Below are positions 55,115-64,000 of a DNA stretch of 64,000 bases, one piece after another. Both the position numbers and the translations under genes were made by a program. This stretch comes from Gammaproteobacteria bacterium (GTDB lineage: Bacteria > Pseudomonadota > Gammaproteobacteria > Eutrophobiales > Eutrophobiaceae). The notes beneath the pieces are model-generated. The model searched no databases, was not told where the DNA came from, and saw nothing but the letters and a program-made list of their open reading frames with translations. The stretch spans positions 49,379 through 113,378 of the forward strand of contig JAJDUB010000070.1 of NCBI GenBank assembly GCA_022826885.1. The letters are read 5' to 3'. How positions within the stretch are numbered: position 1 is the stretch's first letter; each line of letters opens with the position of its first letter.

Positions 55115-56161
55115 ATGCCTGAAAACAAAGCTGAAACGGTAGTTCCTGTTAATCCTGGAAGCGATGCTTCAGACTTGCTCTCTGATATACCACCCAAGTA
55201 TGCACCGCTCGATCAGCAGCCTTACGATCGTCATTTTGGATTGAGGCTGGCGACGCCCGTACCGGAGACTCACGGTATAAAAGACATCTGCATGGTCAGG
55301 AAAGGACTGGCTGTGCTGATAGGCGACGTTGAGCACGATTATGCCCATAGTGACATGAGCGAAAGCGATGACGTGGTCAAGTTCCATTTCCGCTACAGCG
55401 GCAGCAGCGAGATAGGCGCCGAAGGGAGAGAACTGGAACCGGTGGACCCCATGACCTTTGGCGTTCTGATCCAGCCTTCGGGTATGAAAAAGATCGAGTG
55501 TTTTCCCGCACACCAGCACGAACAGTCGGTCACTCTGCTGTGTGAGCCACCATTCCTGGAAGAAATCATTTCCGGCACGTCGCTGTTGAAATCAACACCC
55601 CTGGGGCAGTTCCTGTACGGTGAGCAGAAGGACATGTACTACTGTGCAGTGCGCATGCGTCCGGAGATGATTTCAGCAGTCAAATCCCTGTTTGAGATGA
55701 ATTATACGGGCCGCTTGCAACAATTGCAGATCGAGGCCAAGACCCTGGAATTGCTTTGTTACACACTGGACCAGTTATCGAAAATGTGGACGGGTGCGGG
55801 GACGGATAAAACCCCGCTCCGGCAGAGGGACATCAAGCGCGTCGCGGAGATATGCGAGATTCTGGATAATGACTTGTCGAAAGCGCCCACTATCAGCGAA
55901 CTGGCCAAATCCCTGTCCTGGAATGAAACCCAGTTGATGCGGGTGTTCAGGCAGGCCGTAGGCACCACCGTACATAATTACCAGCACCGGGCGCGCATGG
56001 AAAAGGCCTGTGATTTGCTGGCAAATACGGAAATGACGATTACTCAAATCGCCATGAACCTGGGTTATGAGTATTCGAGCAACTTTACCACGGCATTCAG
56101 AAAGCATTTTGGAGTAACCCCCAGGCAGGTAAGAACTGGACATATCCCGATGGCGGTGTAA
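55115..56161 (+). CDS. AraC-family transcriptional regulator (PchR-like)
   Basis: C-terminal PTISELAK...FRQAVGTT...RMEKA...LGYEYSSNFTTAFRKHFGVTP double HTH. Confidence 0.92.
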   Translation: MPENKAETVVPVNPGSDASDLLSDIPPKYAPLDQQPYDRHFGLRLATPVPETHGIKDICMVRKGLAVLIGDVEHDYAHSDMSESDDVVKFHFRYSGSSEIGAEGRELEPVDPMTFGVLIQPSGMKKIECFPAHQHEQSVTLLCEPPFLEEIISGTSLLKSTPLGQFLYGEQKDMYYCAVRMRPEMISAVKSLFEMNYTGRLQQLQIEAKTLELLCYTLDQLSKMWTGAGTDKTPLRQRDIKRVAEICEILDNDLSKAPTISELAKSLSWNETQLMRVFRQAVGTTVHNYQHRARMEKACDLLANTEMTITQIAMNLGYEYSSNFTTAFRKHFGVTPRQVRTGHIPMAV

Positions 56162-56211
56162 ATGGATATAAACAACTATTACCGGATGACCCGGAATGGC
56201 GAACTTCAGCA

Positions 56212-57225
56212 ATGAGTGAGCATTATCCGCCCACCCTGGAAGAATTCCGTTTAACCGCCGAAAGGCTGGAACCGTATACACGGGTGACCCCGGCTTTCCA
56301 TTGGGAGGGGGATACGGTCGCCTCCCGGCTCGGAGCGGATACGGAATTGTATTTGAAGCTGGAGTTGTTCCAGCGGACCGGCACGTTCAAGGTGCGTGGC
56401 GCGGTCAATAATGCGCTGGCCTTGTCAGCTGACCAGCTTGCCCTGGGTATTACCGCGATGAGCTCGGGCAACCACGCCATTGCCGCGGCCTACGCGGCGC
56501 GCTGTGTCAATACAAGTGCAAAAGTGGTGATGCAGGCCAGCGCCAACCCGGCCCGGGTTGAGATTGCCCGCGCCCTGGGTGCAGAGATTCTGATAGCGGA
56601 AAACGGGCCTGTAGGCTTCGCCATGGTCGAGGAAATAGTGGAAAAAGAAGGGCGGACCTTTATCCACCCGTTCGAAGGCAAGCGGGTAACGGAAGGCACC
56701 GGCACCTGTGGCCTGGAGTTGCACGCTGCGGTAGCTGACCTGGACGCAGTGGTTGTGCCCATCGGCGGCGGCGGCTTGTGTTCCGGCGTCGGGGTGGTAA
56801 CCGGGTTCCTGAATCCGGAATGCAAGGTTTACGGTGTTGAACCCGAAGGGGCCGCCGTGATGAAGAAGAGCCTGGAAGCAGGTTCGCCGCAGAGCCTGAC
56901 CGAACTGTCAACGATAGCCGACAGCCTGGCTCCGCCGTTCACCGCCGACTATTGCTATGCGATGTGCGAGCGTTCTCTGGAAGACCTGGTCACGGTATCG
57001 GACGACGAGCTCGCAACCGCTGCCGCTATCCTGTTTGAACACATGAAACTGGCGGTCGAACCTGCAGGCGCCACCACCACGGCCGCCGCTTTCGGGCCTC
57101 TTGCAGACCGGCTCAGGGGCAAACGGGTCGCGCTCATAGTCTGTGGTTCAAACATCGATATTGACGGCTTTGCCGATTTGATCAGGCGCGGCCGGAACGG
57201 GCTGGATCGGGGTTTGCTTGCGTGA
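56212..57225 (+). CDS. PLP-dependent serine/threonine dehydratase or serine racemase family enzyme
   Basis: KLELFQRTGTFKVRGA (PLP Lys), SSGNHA, PIGGGGL, TIADSL and VCGSN; no regulatory domain. Confidence 0.88.
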   Translation: MSEHYPPTLEEFRLTAERLEPYTRVTPAFHWEGDTVASRLGADTELYLKLELFQRTGTFKVRGAVNNALALSADQLALGITAMSSGNHAIAAAYAARCVNTSAKVVMQASANPARVEIARALGAEILIAENGPVGFAMVEEIVEKEGRTFIHPFEGKRVTEGTGTCGLELHAAVADLDAVVVPIGGGGLCSGVGVVTGFLNPECKVYGVEPEGAAVMKKSLEAGSPQSLTELSTIADSLAPPFTADYCYAMCERSLEDLVTVSDDELATAAAILFEHMKLAVEPAGATTTAAAFGPLADRLRGKRVALIVCGSNIDIDGFADLIRRGRNGLDRGLLA

Positions 57226-58787
57226 GATTATCACCTGGCGCCCTGATCTTTGGCGAGCGAAGTTGCTCTGACTCGGACATTGAAGCTGCAGCACGACGCG
57301 TCGCTGCCGGCTTGCAGTCCCAGGGCATCCGGGAGAATGATGCCGTTGCGGTCATATTACGTAACGATATTCCCTACTTCATAATCCATGAGGCATCTCA
57401 CTACCTCGGTTTCGATGTAGTGCCGGTCAACTGGCACTTGAAGCCGGCAGAGGTCGATTTCATCCTGGCCGATTGCCGGGCCGGGGCCGTAATTGTCCAT
57501 GCCGATTTGCTCACTGAAGAGTTGGTGGAGGTTATAAAAGACAGCCCGGTGATCGTGGTAAACCCGCCGGCTGAAATCCTGCAGGGTTACGGAGCCAAAC
57601 CTGGAGAGCATATACGCGATCCCCGTTTCCTGGACTGGGATGACTGGATGGAGGAGAGCAGGCCGCATGCCGCCCCGGATAAAAACTTCAGGCCGCCCCT
57701 GTTCTATACCTCCGGCAGCAGCGGCAGGCCGAAGGCCGTATTGCGCAACAACGTAACCCCTGACATAGCAGCCAGGATCAGCGCCAGGACAAGCTATACC
57801 TGGGGCTTCGACCAAACCCCCATCCGTTCGGTAATGACCGGGCCCCTGTACCATTCCGCGCCCAACGGCTACGCCAACATGGTCCTGCAATCCGGGGGTA
57901 CGCTGGTCCTGGCGCCGCGTTTCAATGCGGAAGGCTTGCTGGCATTGATAGAGCGGTATGAAATCACCCACCTTCACCTGGTGCCCACCATGTTTGTGCG
58001 GCTGCTGGCCTTACCCGATGAGGTTCGGACAAAATACCGGCATGATTCTCTGGTTCACGTAACCCACGGCGCAGCGCCTTGCCCGGCAGATGTCAAAAGA
58101 CGCATGATTGATTGGTGGGGAGACGTGATCCACGAATATTACGCCATGACTGAAACCGGCATCATTACCTGCTCAACCTCCCGCCAGTGGCTTGAACGCC
58201 CGGGAACGGTCGGCTGCCCCGCTCCCGGTGTGGCAATTGAAATCCGTGACAAACGGGGAAACCGGCTAAAACCTCTCGAAGAAGGAATTATCTGTGTAAA
58301 ACATGAGGGTACCGATTGTGTTACTTACCTGAACGCGCAGAAAGCCTCTGGGTTACACCAGAACGGCTTTCTGGTTACAGGCGACATCGGTTACCTGGAT
58401 GAGGAGGGTTTCCTGTTTGTTTCGTCCCGTCAATCGGATATGGTGATTTCCGGTGGCGTCAATATTTATCCGGCAGAGATCGAGGCGGAATTGCTCGCCA
58501 TGGAAGATGTTATCGATTGTGCCGTATTCGGCATCCCGGACGCGGAGTTCGGCGAAAAACTGGTGGCGATCATCGAGAATACGGGGATGCTGGACAAAGA
58601 TGAAGTAGTGGCTTATCTCAAGATCAGGATTGCGGACTATAAGGTTCCCGGAATTTATGAGTTTGTTGATCGGCTGCCCCGCGAGGATTCCGGCAAGATC
58701 AAGAAGAAGCACATAAAAGAAGAGTATCTTGCTAAACTGAAGTCAGGGAACCTCAGATTTAGTCAGAGCTTCCTCAGGCATATCTGA
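57222..58787 (+). CDS. Acyl-CoA synthetase
   Basis: YTSGSSGRPK, GPLYHSAP, YAMTE, TGDIGY and SGGVNIYPAEIE; GTGA overlap with the upstream gene. Confidence 0.9.
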   Translation: MRLSPGALIFGERSCSDSDIEAAARRVAAGLQSQGIRENDAVAVILRNDIPYFIIHEASHYLGFDVVPVNWHLKPAEVDFILADCRAGAVIVHADLLTEELVEVIKDSPVIVVNPPAEILQGYGAKPGEHIRDPRFLDWDDWMEESRPHAAPDKNFRPPLFYTSGSSGRPKAVLRNNVTPDIAARISARTSYTWGFDQTPIRSVMTGPLYHSAPNGYANMVLQSGGTLVLAPRFNAEGLLALIERYEITHLHLVPTMFVRLLALPDEVRTKYRHDSLVHVTHGAAPCPADVKRRMIDWWGDVIHEYYAMTETGIITCSTSRQWLERPGTVGCPAPGVAIEIRDKRGNRLKPLEEGIICVKHEGTDCVTYLNAQKASGLHQNGFLVTGDIGYLDEEGFLFVSSRQSDMVISGGVNIYPAEIEAELLAMEDVIDCAVFGIPDAEFGEKLVAIIENTGMLDKDEVVAYLKIRIADYKVPGIYEFVDRLPREDSGKIKKKHIKEEYLAKLKSGNLRFSQSFLRHI

Positions 58788-58815
58788 TTGGCGGTATGGA
58801 ACCTGGGACAGCCTG

Positions 58816-59346
58816 CTAATCCGGAACCAAATCGTCTACCATTTCTTCCAACGCGTACAGCGTCTTTTGCGGGAATCGCTCCAACGGGTAATATTGACAG
58901 ATGATATCCAATGCTTTTTGGTAATTCGCAATATTCAGATAGCGGAGCAGGAAACGCACATCAGCCTCGTCGTGGAATTCTTCACCAAGACGGAGGGCCA
59001 GACATTTCATGGCCAGCAAGTATTCGGGACCTGCAATCATCACTCGTAGATTTGAAAGATCAAGGTATTCCTGAAAGTCGCCCTGACTGCTCAGGTATCC
59101 TTTCACGGCATCATTGAGCCAGTTTTCATCCAGTGCCATGGCTGCAGCGATACGTTTTGCTGCCGAACGCACAGCACGCGCCGGTTTGAAAAAGCCATCA
59201 AGGTCCCGGGTTGATTGGCGCGCATTGAATGCCAGGCACATAACGGCGCCACCCACCAGGTACAACTCTCCGGTAATACCTGCACGGGCCAGTTCATCAT
59301 TGAGGCGTTCCAGTAAACGGCGAATCTCATCCTTTTGCAGCGCCAT
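58816..59346 (-). CDS. Putative nucleotidyltransferase (DUF6036/AbiEii-like), candidate toxin
   Basis: LYLVGGAVM...RQSTRDLD NTase motif, WLNDAVK and LLAMK. Start re-called to MALQKD (TAATG overlap with the upstream gene). Confidence 0.72.
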   Translation of the reverse strand: MALQKDEIRRLLERLNDELARAGITGELYLVGGAVMCLAFNARQSTRDLDGFFKPARAVRSAAKRIAAAMALDENWLNDAVKGYLSSQGDFQEYLDLSNLRVMIAGPEYLLAMKCLALRLGEEFHDEADVRFLLRYLNIANYQKALDIICQYYPLERFPQKTLYALEEMVDDLVPD

Positions 59347-59837
59347 TAAATCCGTTCTCCGACACTGCTGTCGATAAACAGGTTGCGCCGGCGGAAAGCA
59401 GGCGGGGAGTGTGTCAACAAGTACAACCGCAGGCCTTGCAGGGATGAAGCAAACCAGGGAGTCTCGAGATGTTCTATATTTTTCACCCACTCGGGGACAG
59501 GCACATTTCTTGCGGCAGCGGCATATTCAATCATCGCCGCCAGGTAGTTTGCTTCAAAGGGAGGGAGTTGAGCAGCAGGGGGATATTGCATCGCCCTGGA
59601 AAATTCCCGTGGTTCAAGGCATTTGAAGAAATCGTGTAACTCCGCAAGCGTGTAGGCGCGTAGCGAACGTTTTTCTGCGAGTTCTTTGCAAAGCGATTGA
59701 AAACGTTCCCCGGCAGGAGGCAGGAGTTGGCGCAACGCCCATTTCGATATATCCATTCCCGCATTCTGCGCGCGTTGCCGGATACGTTCTTTCTGGTCGG
59801 CATCAATTCGGATTTGAAGCTGGCTGGTCTTTGGCAT
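59346..59837 (-). CDS. Ribbon-helix-helix protein, candidate antitoxin/autorepressor
   Basis: MPKTSQLQIRIDADQKERIRQRAQNAGMDISKW RHH-like N-terminus; C-terminal YLAAMIE...PEW...PPAFRRRNLF domain; translationally coupled to the NTase. Confidence 0.65.
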   Translation of the reverse strand: MPKTSQLQIRIDADQKERIRQRAQNAGMDISKWALRQLLPPAGERFQSLCKELAEKRSLRAYTLAELHDFFKCLEPREFSRAMQYPPAAQLPPFEANYLAAMIEYAAAARNVPVPEWVKNIEHLETPWFASSLQGLRLYLLTHSPPAFRRRNLFIDSSVGERI

Positions 59838-59843
59838 GACTGC

Positions 59844-59889
59844 ATCATGCCAGGCATCCGGCAATTTGTCAATACGTTGTAATGACAAA
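59844..59889 (-). promoter_or_regulatory. Candidate leaderless sigma70 promoter with overlapping operator palindrome
   Basis: TTGACA (59872-59867)-N17-CATGAT-N6-ATG (59837). Imperfect inverted repeat TTTGTCAATAC-N3-GTAATGACAAA (59865-59889) covers the -35. Confidence 0.6.
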
Positions 59890-60026
59890 ATCCGACAATA
59901 AATTGCAGCCAGCTCGCAGCTTTAATATCGCTATGTCCGTTGTTATCATGGGGGAACTATAATCATGAAACTGAAGATATGCTGATCACACAACTTTATC
60001 TGCCTTCCGATAATTATTTGAATTGC

Positions 60027-60515
60027 ATGAGCACGGAGGATAAATATTTCGTAGTGATCCTCATGTCGGTATTACTGCTGCTGGTACCTGGTTGCTCCAA
60101 ACGGGAACAGCATGATGTACCCCAGCCGGATTTCGAACATTTGGTGCTCAATTCTTATATCAAGCCGTATAAATCGGGTGATACTGAACGCTGGTTGGAC
60201 ATCTTTGCCGATGATGCAGTCGGCATGCATAACACGTTACCGGCACTTGAGGGAAAGCAGGCGCTGCGCCGGTTTGCGGAGACCGTTCACAGCACTTTCA
60301 ATATTGAGCAACTGGACGTAACCGTCGATTCTGTGATTACGGAGGGCAACTGGGCGCTCACACGCGGCAATTTTGTCGCCAATTTTGTCCCTGAAGACGC
60401 AGGTGCCGAAAATTGGACTAACCCGCGACAAGGCAAATATATCCTGTTATGGGAACGCCAGGACGACGGTACATGGAAGATTATCCTGGATATGGGGAAT
60501 AACAATACGCCGTAA
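60027..60515 (+). CDS. YybH/DUF4440 NTF2-like lipoprotein
   Basis: Lipobox-like LLVPGC; GKYILLWERQDDGTWKIILDMGN C-terminal motif; start position uncertain. Confidence 0.75.
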   Translation: MSTEDKYFVVILMSVLLLLVPGCSKREQHDVPQPDFEHLVLNSYIKPYKSGDTERWLDIFADDAVGMHNTLPALEGKQALRRFAETVHSTFNIEQLDVTVDSVITEGNWALTRGNFVANFVPEDAGAENWTNPRQGKYILLWERQDDGTWKIILDMGNNNTP

Positions 60516-60545
60516 GGGGGGCGGGTATCTTACACAGGGGACGCC

Positions 60546-62150
60546 ATCATCGAATTTGACATCATTGTGGTCGGCGGCGGTACAGCCGGTTGTGTAGTTG
60601 CAGGACGCCTGTCCGAAGACCCCTCCCTTTCCGTTTTGTTGATAGAGGCAGGCGGCAGCGAGAGACATCCCTTCAGCCGTATCCCGGCGGCCAGCGGCGC
60701 TGCCGTCTTCAGTCCGAGGTTCAACTGGTTGTACGAGGCCGAACCGGACCCGTCCCGCGCCGGCAAGGTGGACACCTGGTGGAGCGGCCTTTGTCTGGGC
60801 GGGGGCAGCGCCATTAACGGCATGATGTTTGTTCGCGGCCACCCCAACGATTATGACCGCTGGTCGGAACTGGGGTGTAATGGCTGGGATTACGAGTCGG
60901 TTTTACCCTGTTTCAAACGGCTGGAATGTAATCGCCGTGGTGGGGACGACTGGCGGGGTGGGGAAGGCCCCCACTCGGTGGAAGACCTGCACGTTGACAG
61001 TCCGTTGACTCTTGCCTGGCTCATGGCCGCGCAGGAGGCGGGTATCCCCAGGAGCCACGACCTGAACGGGGCGAACCATGAAGGGGTGGATTTAGTCCAG
61101 GTGGCCCAGCGCAGGGGCTGGCGCGAGTCTGCCGCACAGGCATACCTGCGTCCGGCAAGGAAACGGGCCAACCTGCAAATACAACTCAACACCCGGGTTA
61201 CCCGTGTGCTGTTTGATGGCCGCAGGGCCAATAGTGTCGAATTCATCAAAGACGGGGATACACAACCCCGCAAGGCGCTGGCTCGCTCCGCTGTCATCAT
61301 AAGTGCAGGGGCTATCGCTTCGCCAAAGCTGTTGCAACTGTCCGGTATCGGGGATGCCCAGGTGCTTAACCGAATGGGCATCGATTGTATTGCAGATGCC
61401 CCGGGGACAGGTAAAAACCTGCAGGAACACACCGGCATCCGTTATTCCTTTGACGTTAACGGCGAGACCCTGGGGAGCCGGACCGGCCTGTTGCATAATC
61501 TGGGGCAGTTGTTTCAATTCCTGGTAAATGGGAAAGGATTGCTGACGACCCCCATCGCCCACGTCCACGCATTCATCCGCACTCGAGAGAAATACAGGAC
61601 ACCCAATATTCAGGTTACCATGGCGCCGTTTCATATCGATATCGGTGACAACAGCGCCACCCTCAGCAAAGAAAAGATCGCAGGCGGTGCGGTCGGCCTG
61701 ATGCAGACTCGGAGCAGGGGAGAGATTACCTTGCGTTCCCCCGACCCGCTGGCGCCTCCCAGGATTCATTACCCGATGCTGGACTCTGAGGAGGATATTG
61801 AACAACTCATAGATGCATGCCGGTTGGCCAGGAGGATCACGGAGCAGCCAGCCTTTGCCGGCTACCTGTCGCGCTGGCGTCATCCGGATGATGAGATGTT
61901 TGCCGGCGATCAACTCAGGGACTTCGTGAAGGATGCGGCTTTCCCCATGTACCACCCGGTCGGGACATGCAGGATGGGGCATAACGCACAGGCCGTTGTC
62001 GGCCCGGACCTTAAGGTAAGAGGTGTTGACGGGTTATGGGTCATAGACGCTTCCGTCATGCCGACCCTGGTCACCGGCAATACCAATGCCACGGTGCTCA
62101 TGATCGGTGAGAAGGGTGCGGACCTGGTGAAGTCCGCATTAGCCGGATAA
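60546..62150 (+). CDS. GMC oxidoreductase (choline dehydrogenase-like); start codon uncertain
   Basis: FDIIVVGGGTAG, LGGGSAINGM, GKNLQEH, YHPVGTCRMG and GNTNA. The first canonical start (GTG 60567) cuts into the Rossmann strand; possible ATC start at 60546 or 60549. Confidence 0.85.
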   Translation: MIEFDIIVVGGGTAGCVVAGRLSEDPSLSVLLIEAGGSERHPFSRIPAASGAAVFSPRFNWLYEAEPDPSRAGKVDTWWSGLCLGGGSAINGMMFVRGHPNDYDRWSELGCNGWDYESVLPCFKRLECNRRGGDDWRGGEGPHSVEDLHVDSPLTLAWLMAAQEAGIPRSHDLNGANHEGVDLVQVAQRRGWRESAAQAYLRPARKRANLQIQLNTRVTRVLFDGRRANSVEFIKDGDTQPRKALARSAVIISAGAIASPKLLQLSGIGDAQVLNRMGIDCIADAPGTGKNLQEHTGIRYSFDVNGETLGSRTGLLHNLGQLFQFLVNGKGLLTTPIAHVHAFIRTREKYRTPNIQVTMAPFHIDIGDNSATLSKEKIAGGAVGLMQTRSRGEITLRSPDPLAPPRIHYPMLDSEEDIEQLIDACRLARRITEQPAFAGYLSRWRHPDDEMFAGDQLRDFVKDAAFPMYHPVGTCRMGHNAQAVVGPDLKVRGVDGLWVIDASVMPTLVTGNTNATVLMIGEKGADLVKSALAG

Positions 62151-62182
62151 GTCCGCGGTAATAAAAATGAAGGAGGCATGAC

Positions 62183-63508
62183 ATGAGATCTGCAACAGAC
62201 AGAACTTCACTACTGGCCTATATGTTGCCGGCTATCCCCCTGGCTATGCTGGGGATGCCACTGATCATCTACGTTCCGCCATTTTACGCCGCGGAACTGG
62301 GACTGGAACTGGCCGCGGTTGGCGGCATATTCTTTATTGCCCGCGCCTGGGACGCGATAACGGACCCCGTGATCGGTAACCTGTCGGACCGGACCCGCGG
62401 ACCCTGGGGACGCCGCAAGCCCTGGATCGTAGCCGGCGTACCGCTGTTGATGATCAGTCTCTACCTGTTCCTGAGTCCGCCTGTTTCCGTCAGCAAAACC
62501 TACCTGTTCGTCGTGGCCCTGGTCTTTTACGTGGCCTGGACGACCGTGCAGATACCCTACCTGTCCTGGGGTGCTGAACTGTCCCGGGATTATGCCGCGC
62601 GCACCCGTATCAACGGCTACCGGGAGACGGGCACCATGATAGGGATCATTCTTGCAACCCTGTTGCCCGTCGTGTTTTTGCGGGAAGAAAATCCTGCATT
62701 GCGGGAAATATTATGGGTGTACGTCGTGTTCCTGCTGATCCTGCTCCCGGTTGCGGCTTCCGGAGCGACGCTGGTCACGCCCAGGACCACGTTCGTGGAA
62801 TCGGGTAAACACGGCCTGTTTTCCGCTTTGAGGCTGCTGTTTGTAAACAAACCTTTCGTGCGCTTGGTCATCGGCGTTTTTTTTCTCTGGCTTGGCGGCA
62901 GTGTGATGAATGCATCGCTGATATTCACGTTCGAACACATATTGCAGATGCCGCGTTCGGGATTTCTGAAGTTTGTTCTGATTCAATACGTGATCGGCAT
63001 TGCCTGTCTCCCGTTGTGGGTCAGGTTCGGCAACCGTTATGGCCGGCACCGGGCCCTGTTCTGGGGAGGCTTTGGGTATCTTGCGGTCCAGCCCCTGTAC
63101 CTGCTGGTCGCCCCCGGCGATTTTTCGCAATTGTTGCTGGTTGCCCTGGTGCATGGACCCATCATCTCGGTTATCTGGGTGATGCCGCCGGCTTTGATCG
63201 CCGACACCATCGAGTATGGCATGATGAAAGGCGGCAGTGATGATGCAGCGATATACATGGCGGTTTACAACTTCATGGTAAAGGTCGCCTTTGCCGGCGG
63301 AGTGGGTATCGCCTTGCCTTTGCTGGGCGTTCTGGGATTTCAACCCATGGGTGAGAATGATGCATACGCAATCCGGGGACTCATCTTCGTCGGGATGTTC
63401 CTGCCCGCAGTTATAGGCATCGCCGGGGCAGTGTTGCTGTACAACTATCCCATAAACAAGCACCAGCACGGCGTCATCCGGCGCTGGCTGGCCAGGAAAA
63501 TAACCTGA
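62183..63508 (+). CDS. MFS_2 (GPH/MelB-like) transporter
   Basis: WDAITDPVIGNLSDRTRGPWGRRKPW, IPYLSWGAELS and ADTIEY motifs; GAAGGAGG SD. Confidence 0.88.
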   Translation: MRSATDRTSLLAYMLPAIPLAMLGMPLIIYVPPFYAAELGLELAAVGGIFFIARAWDAITDPVIGNLSDRTRGPWGRRKPWIVAGVPLLMISLYLFLSPPVSVSKTYLFVVALVFYVAWTTVQIPYLSWGAELSRDYAARTRINGYRETGTMIGIILATLLPVVFLREENPALREILWVYVVFLLILLPVAASGATLVTPRTTFVESGKHGLFSALRLLFVNKPFVRLVIGVFFLWLGGSVMNASLIFTFEHILQMPRSGFLKFVLIQYVIGIACLPLWVRFGNRYGRHRALFWGGFGYLAVQPLYLLVAPGDFSQLLLVALVHGPIISVIWVMPPALIADTIEYGMMKGGSDDAAIYMAVYNFMVKVAFAGGVGIALPLLGVLGFQPMGENDAYAIRGLIFVGMFLPAVIGIAGAVLLYNYPINKHQHGVIRRWLARKIT

Positions 63509-63564
63509 TGCTTGAATCCCTGCCCTGATATGGATCATGAGAGGGATATACGGGTTAATATCTG

Positions 63565-64000
63565 CTAGTCTCTAATCTGTTGTAACAATCCGAAAAGGTC
63601 ATAGTTTGCCCAAGTCTCAACAATCTTGCCGTTTTCAAGCCTGTCGAAAAATATTCCGGTAAATGTTATTTTGCGGTTCGTCGGGGGGATCCCCATAAAC
63701 TCACCCATGTGTGTGCCGGTTTTGCTCCATCTTGTTGAAACGAAGTCTCCTTCGGCAATTTGTTTCTCGATAGTCATAACGCCATCAGGAAATGCGGAGC
63801 GGAAAGTATTTACCGCGGCTATGAAGCTCTCTTTGGGGGACTTCGTTTTAGTCTGATATGGATCATGTTCGACCAGTTTATCTGAAAATAGCTCATCGAC
63901 TTTTTCAAATTGACCCTTGTTTAAGACATCAATAATTGCCGTTGCAATAACCAGCTTGTTTTGTTTTTCCTCTTGTGAAAGCGTTGCATGAGCATCATCA
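63565..64000 (-). CDS. SnoaL-like ester cyclase family protein (5' end beyond the window)
   Basis: Frame is open to the window end; FRSAFPD...IAEGDFV...GTHMGEFMGIPPTNRKI...ENGKIVE motifs. Confidence 0.85.
   Translation of the reverse strand, partial: DDAHATLSQEEKQNKLVIATAIIDVLNKGQFEKVDELFSDKLVEHDPYQTKTKSPKESFIAAVNTFRSAFPDGVMTIEKQIAEGDFVSTRWSKTGTHMGEFMGIPPTNRKITFTGIFFDRLENGKIVETWANYDLFGLLQQIRD

Noticed and set aside
63525-63867. Exact 15-bp direct repeat CTGATATGGATCATG at 63525-63539 and 63853-63867
   Set aside because: One copy lies inside an intact coding frame and nothing mobile lies between them; plausibly chance, so no function is claimed.
1-64000. tRNA, rRNA, riboswitch, integrase or transposase genes
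   Set aside because: None recognised by eye; intergenic regions are short. A covariance-model search would be needed to exclude small RNAs.

Overview
Chromosomal window from what looks like a gammaproteobacterium (inferred from gene content and order). A housekeeping backbone (ntrY-like kinase and DUF4390 at the left end; rsmB-fmt-def, dprA-topA-purE-tsaC at 41.7-49.4 kb) is split between rsmB and DUF4390 by about 39 kb of accessory DNA with no visible integrase. The insert has two blocks. The first (2.7-23.3 kb) is an amine/amide uptake and catabolism cluster: TonB receptor, two SpdH-like Tat flavoproteins, two amidohydrolases, an acyl-CoA ligase, a class III aminotransferase, a Rieske oxygenase, two MFS transporters and a PcaR-like IclR with a candidate operator. 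The second (23.4-41.5 kb) is a complete type 1-like BREX locus (brxA-brxB-brxC-pglX-pglZ-brxL). It carries three nested genes between pglX and pglZ: a 1179-aa protein with a Cap4/Mrr-like nuclease head, an ABC/AAA_21 ATPase and a DUF4276 TOPRIM-like protein. A degenerate second copy of the pglX 3' end follows the 1179-aa gene, suggesting capture by recombination at the pglX tail. A 12-bp-periodic AGCATTAA array sits upstream of pglX. A 67-bp palindromic element follows topA, purE and tsaC, with its core inverted in one copy and absent from a related copy at 11.5 kb. The right 14 kb holds a second TonB/periplasmic-enzyme region and a putative RHH/nucleotidyltransferase toxin-antitoxin pair. No rRNA, tRNA or CRISPR array was recognised. 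All family assignments come from motif recognition by eye, not from database searches.
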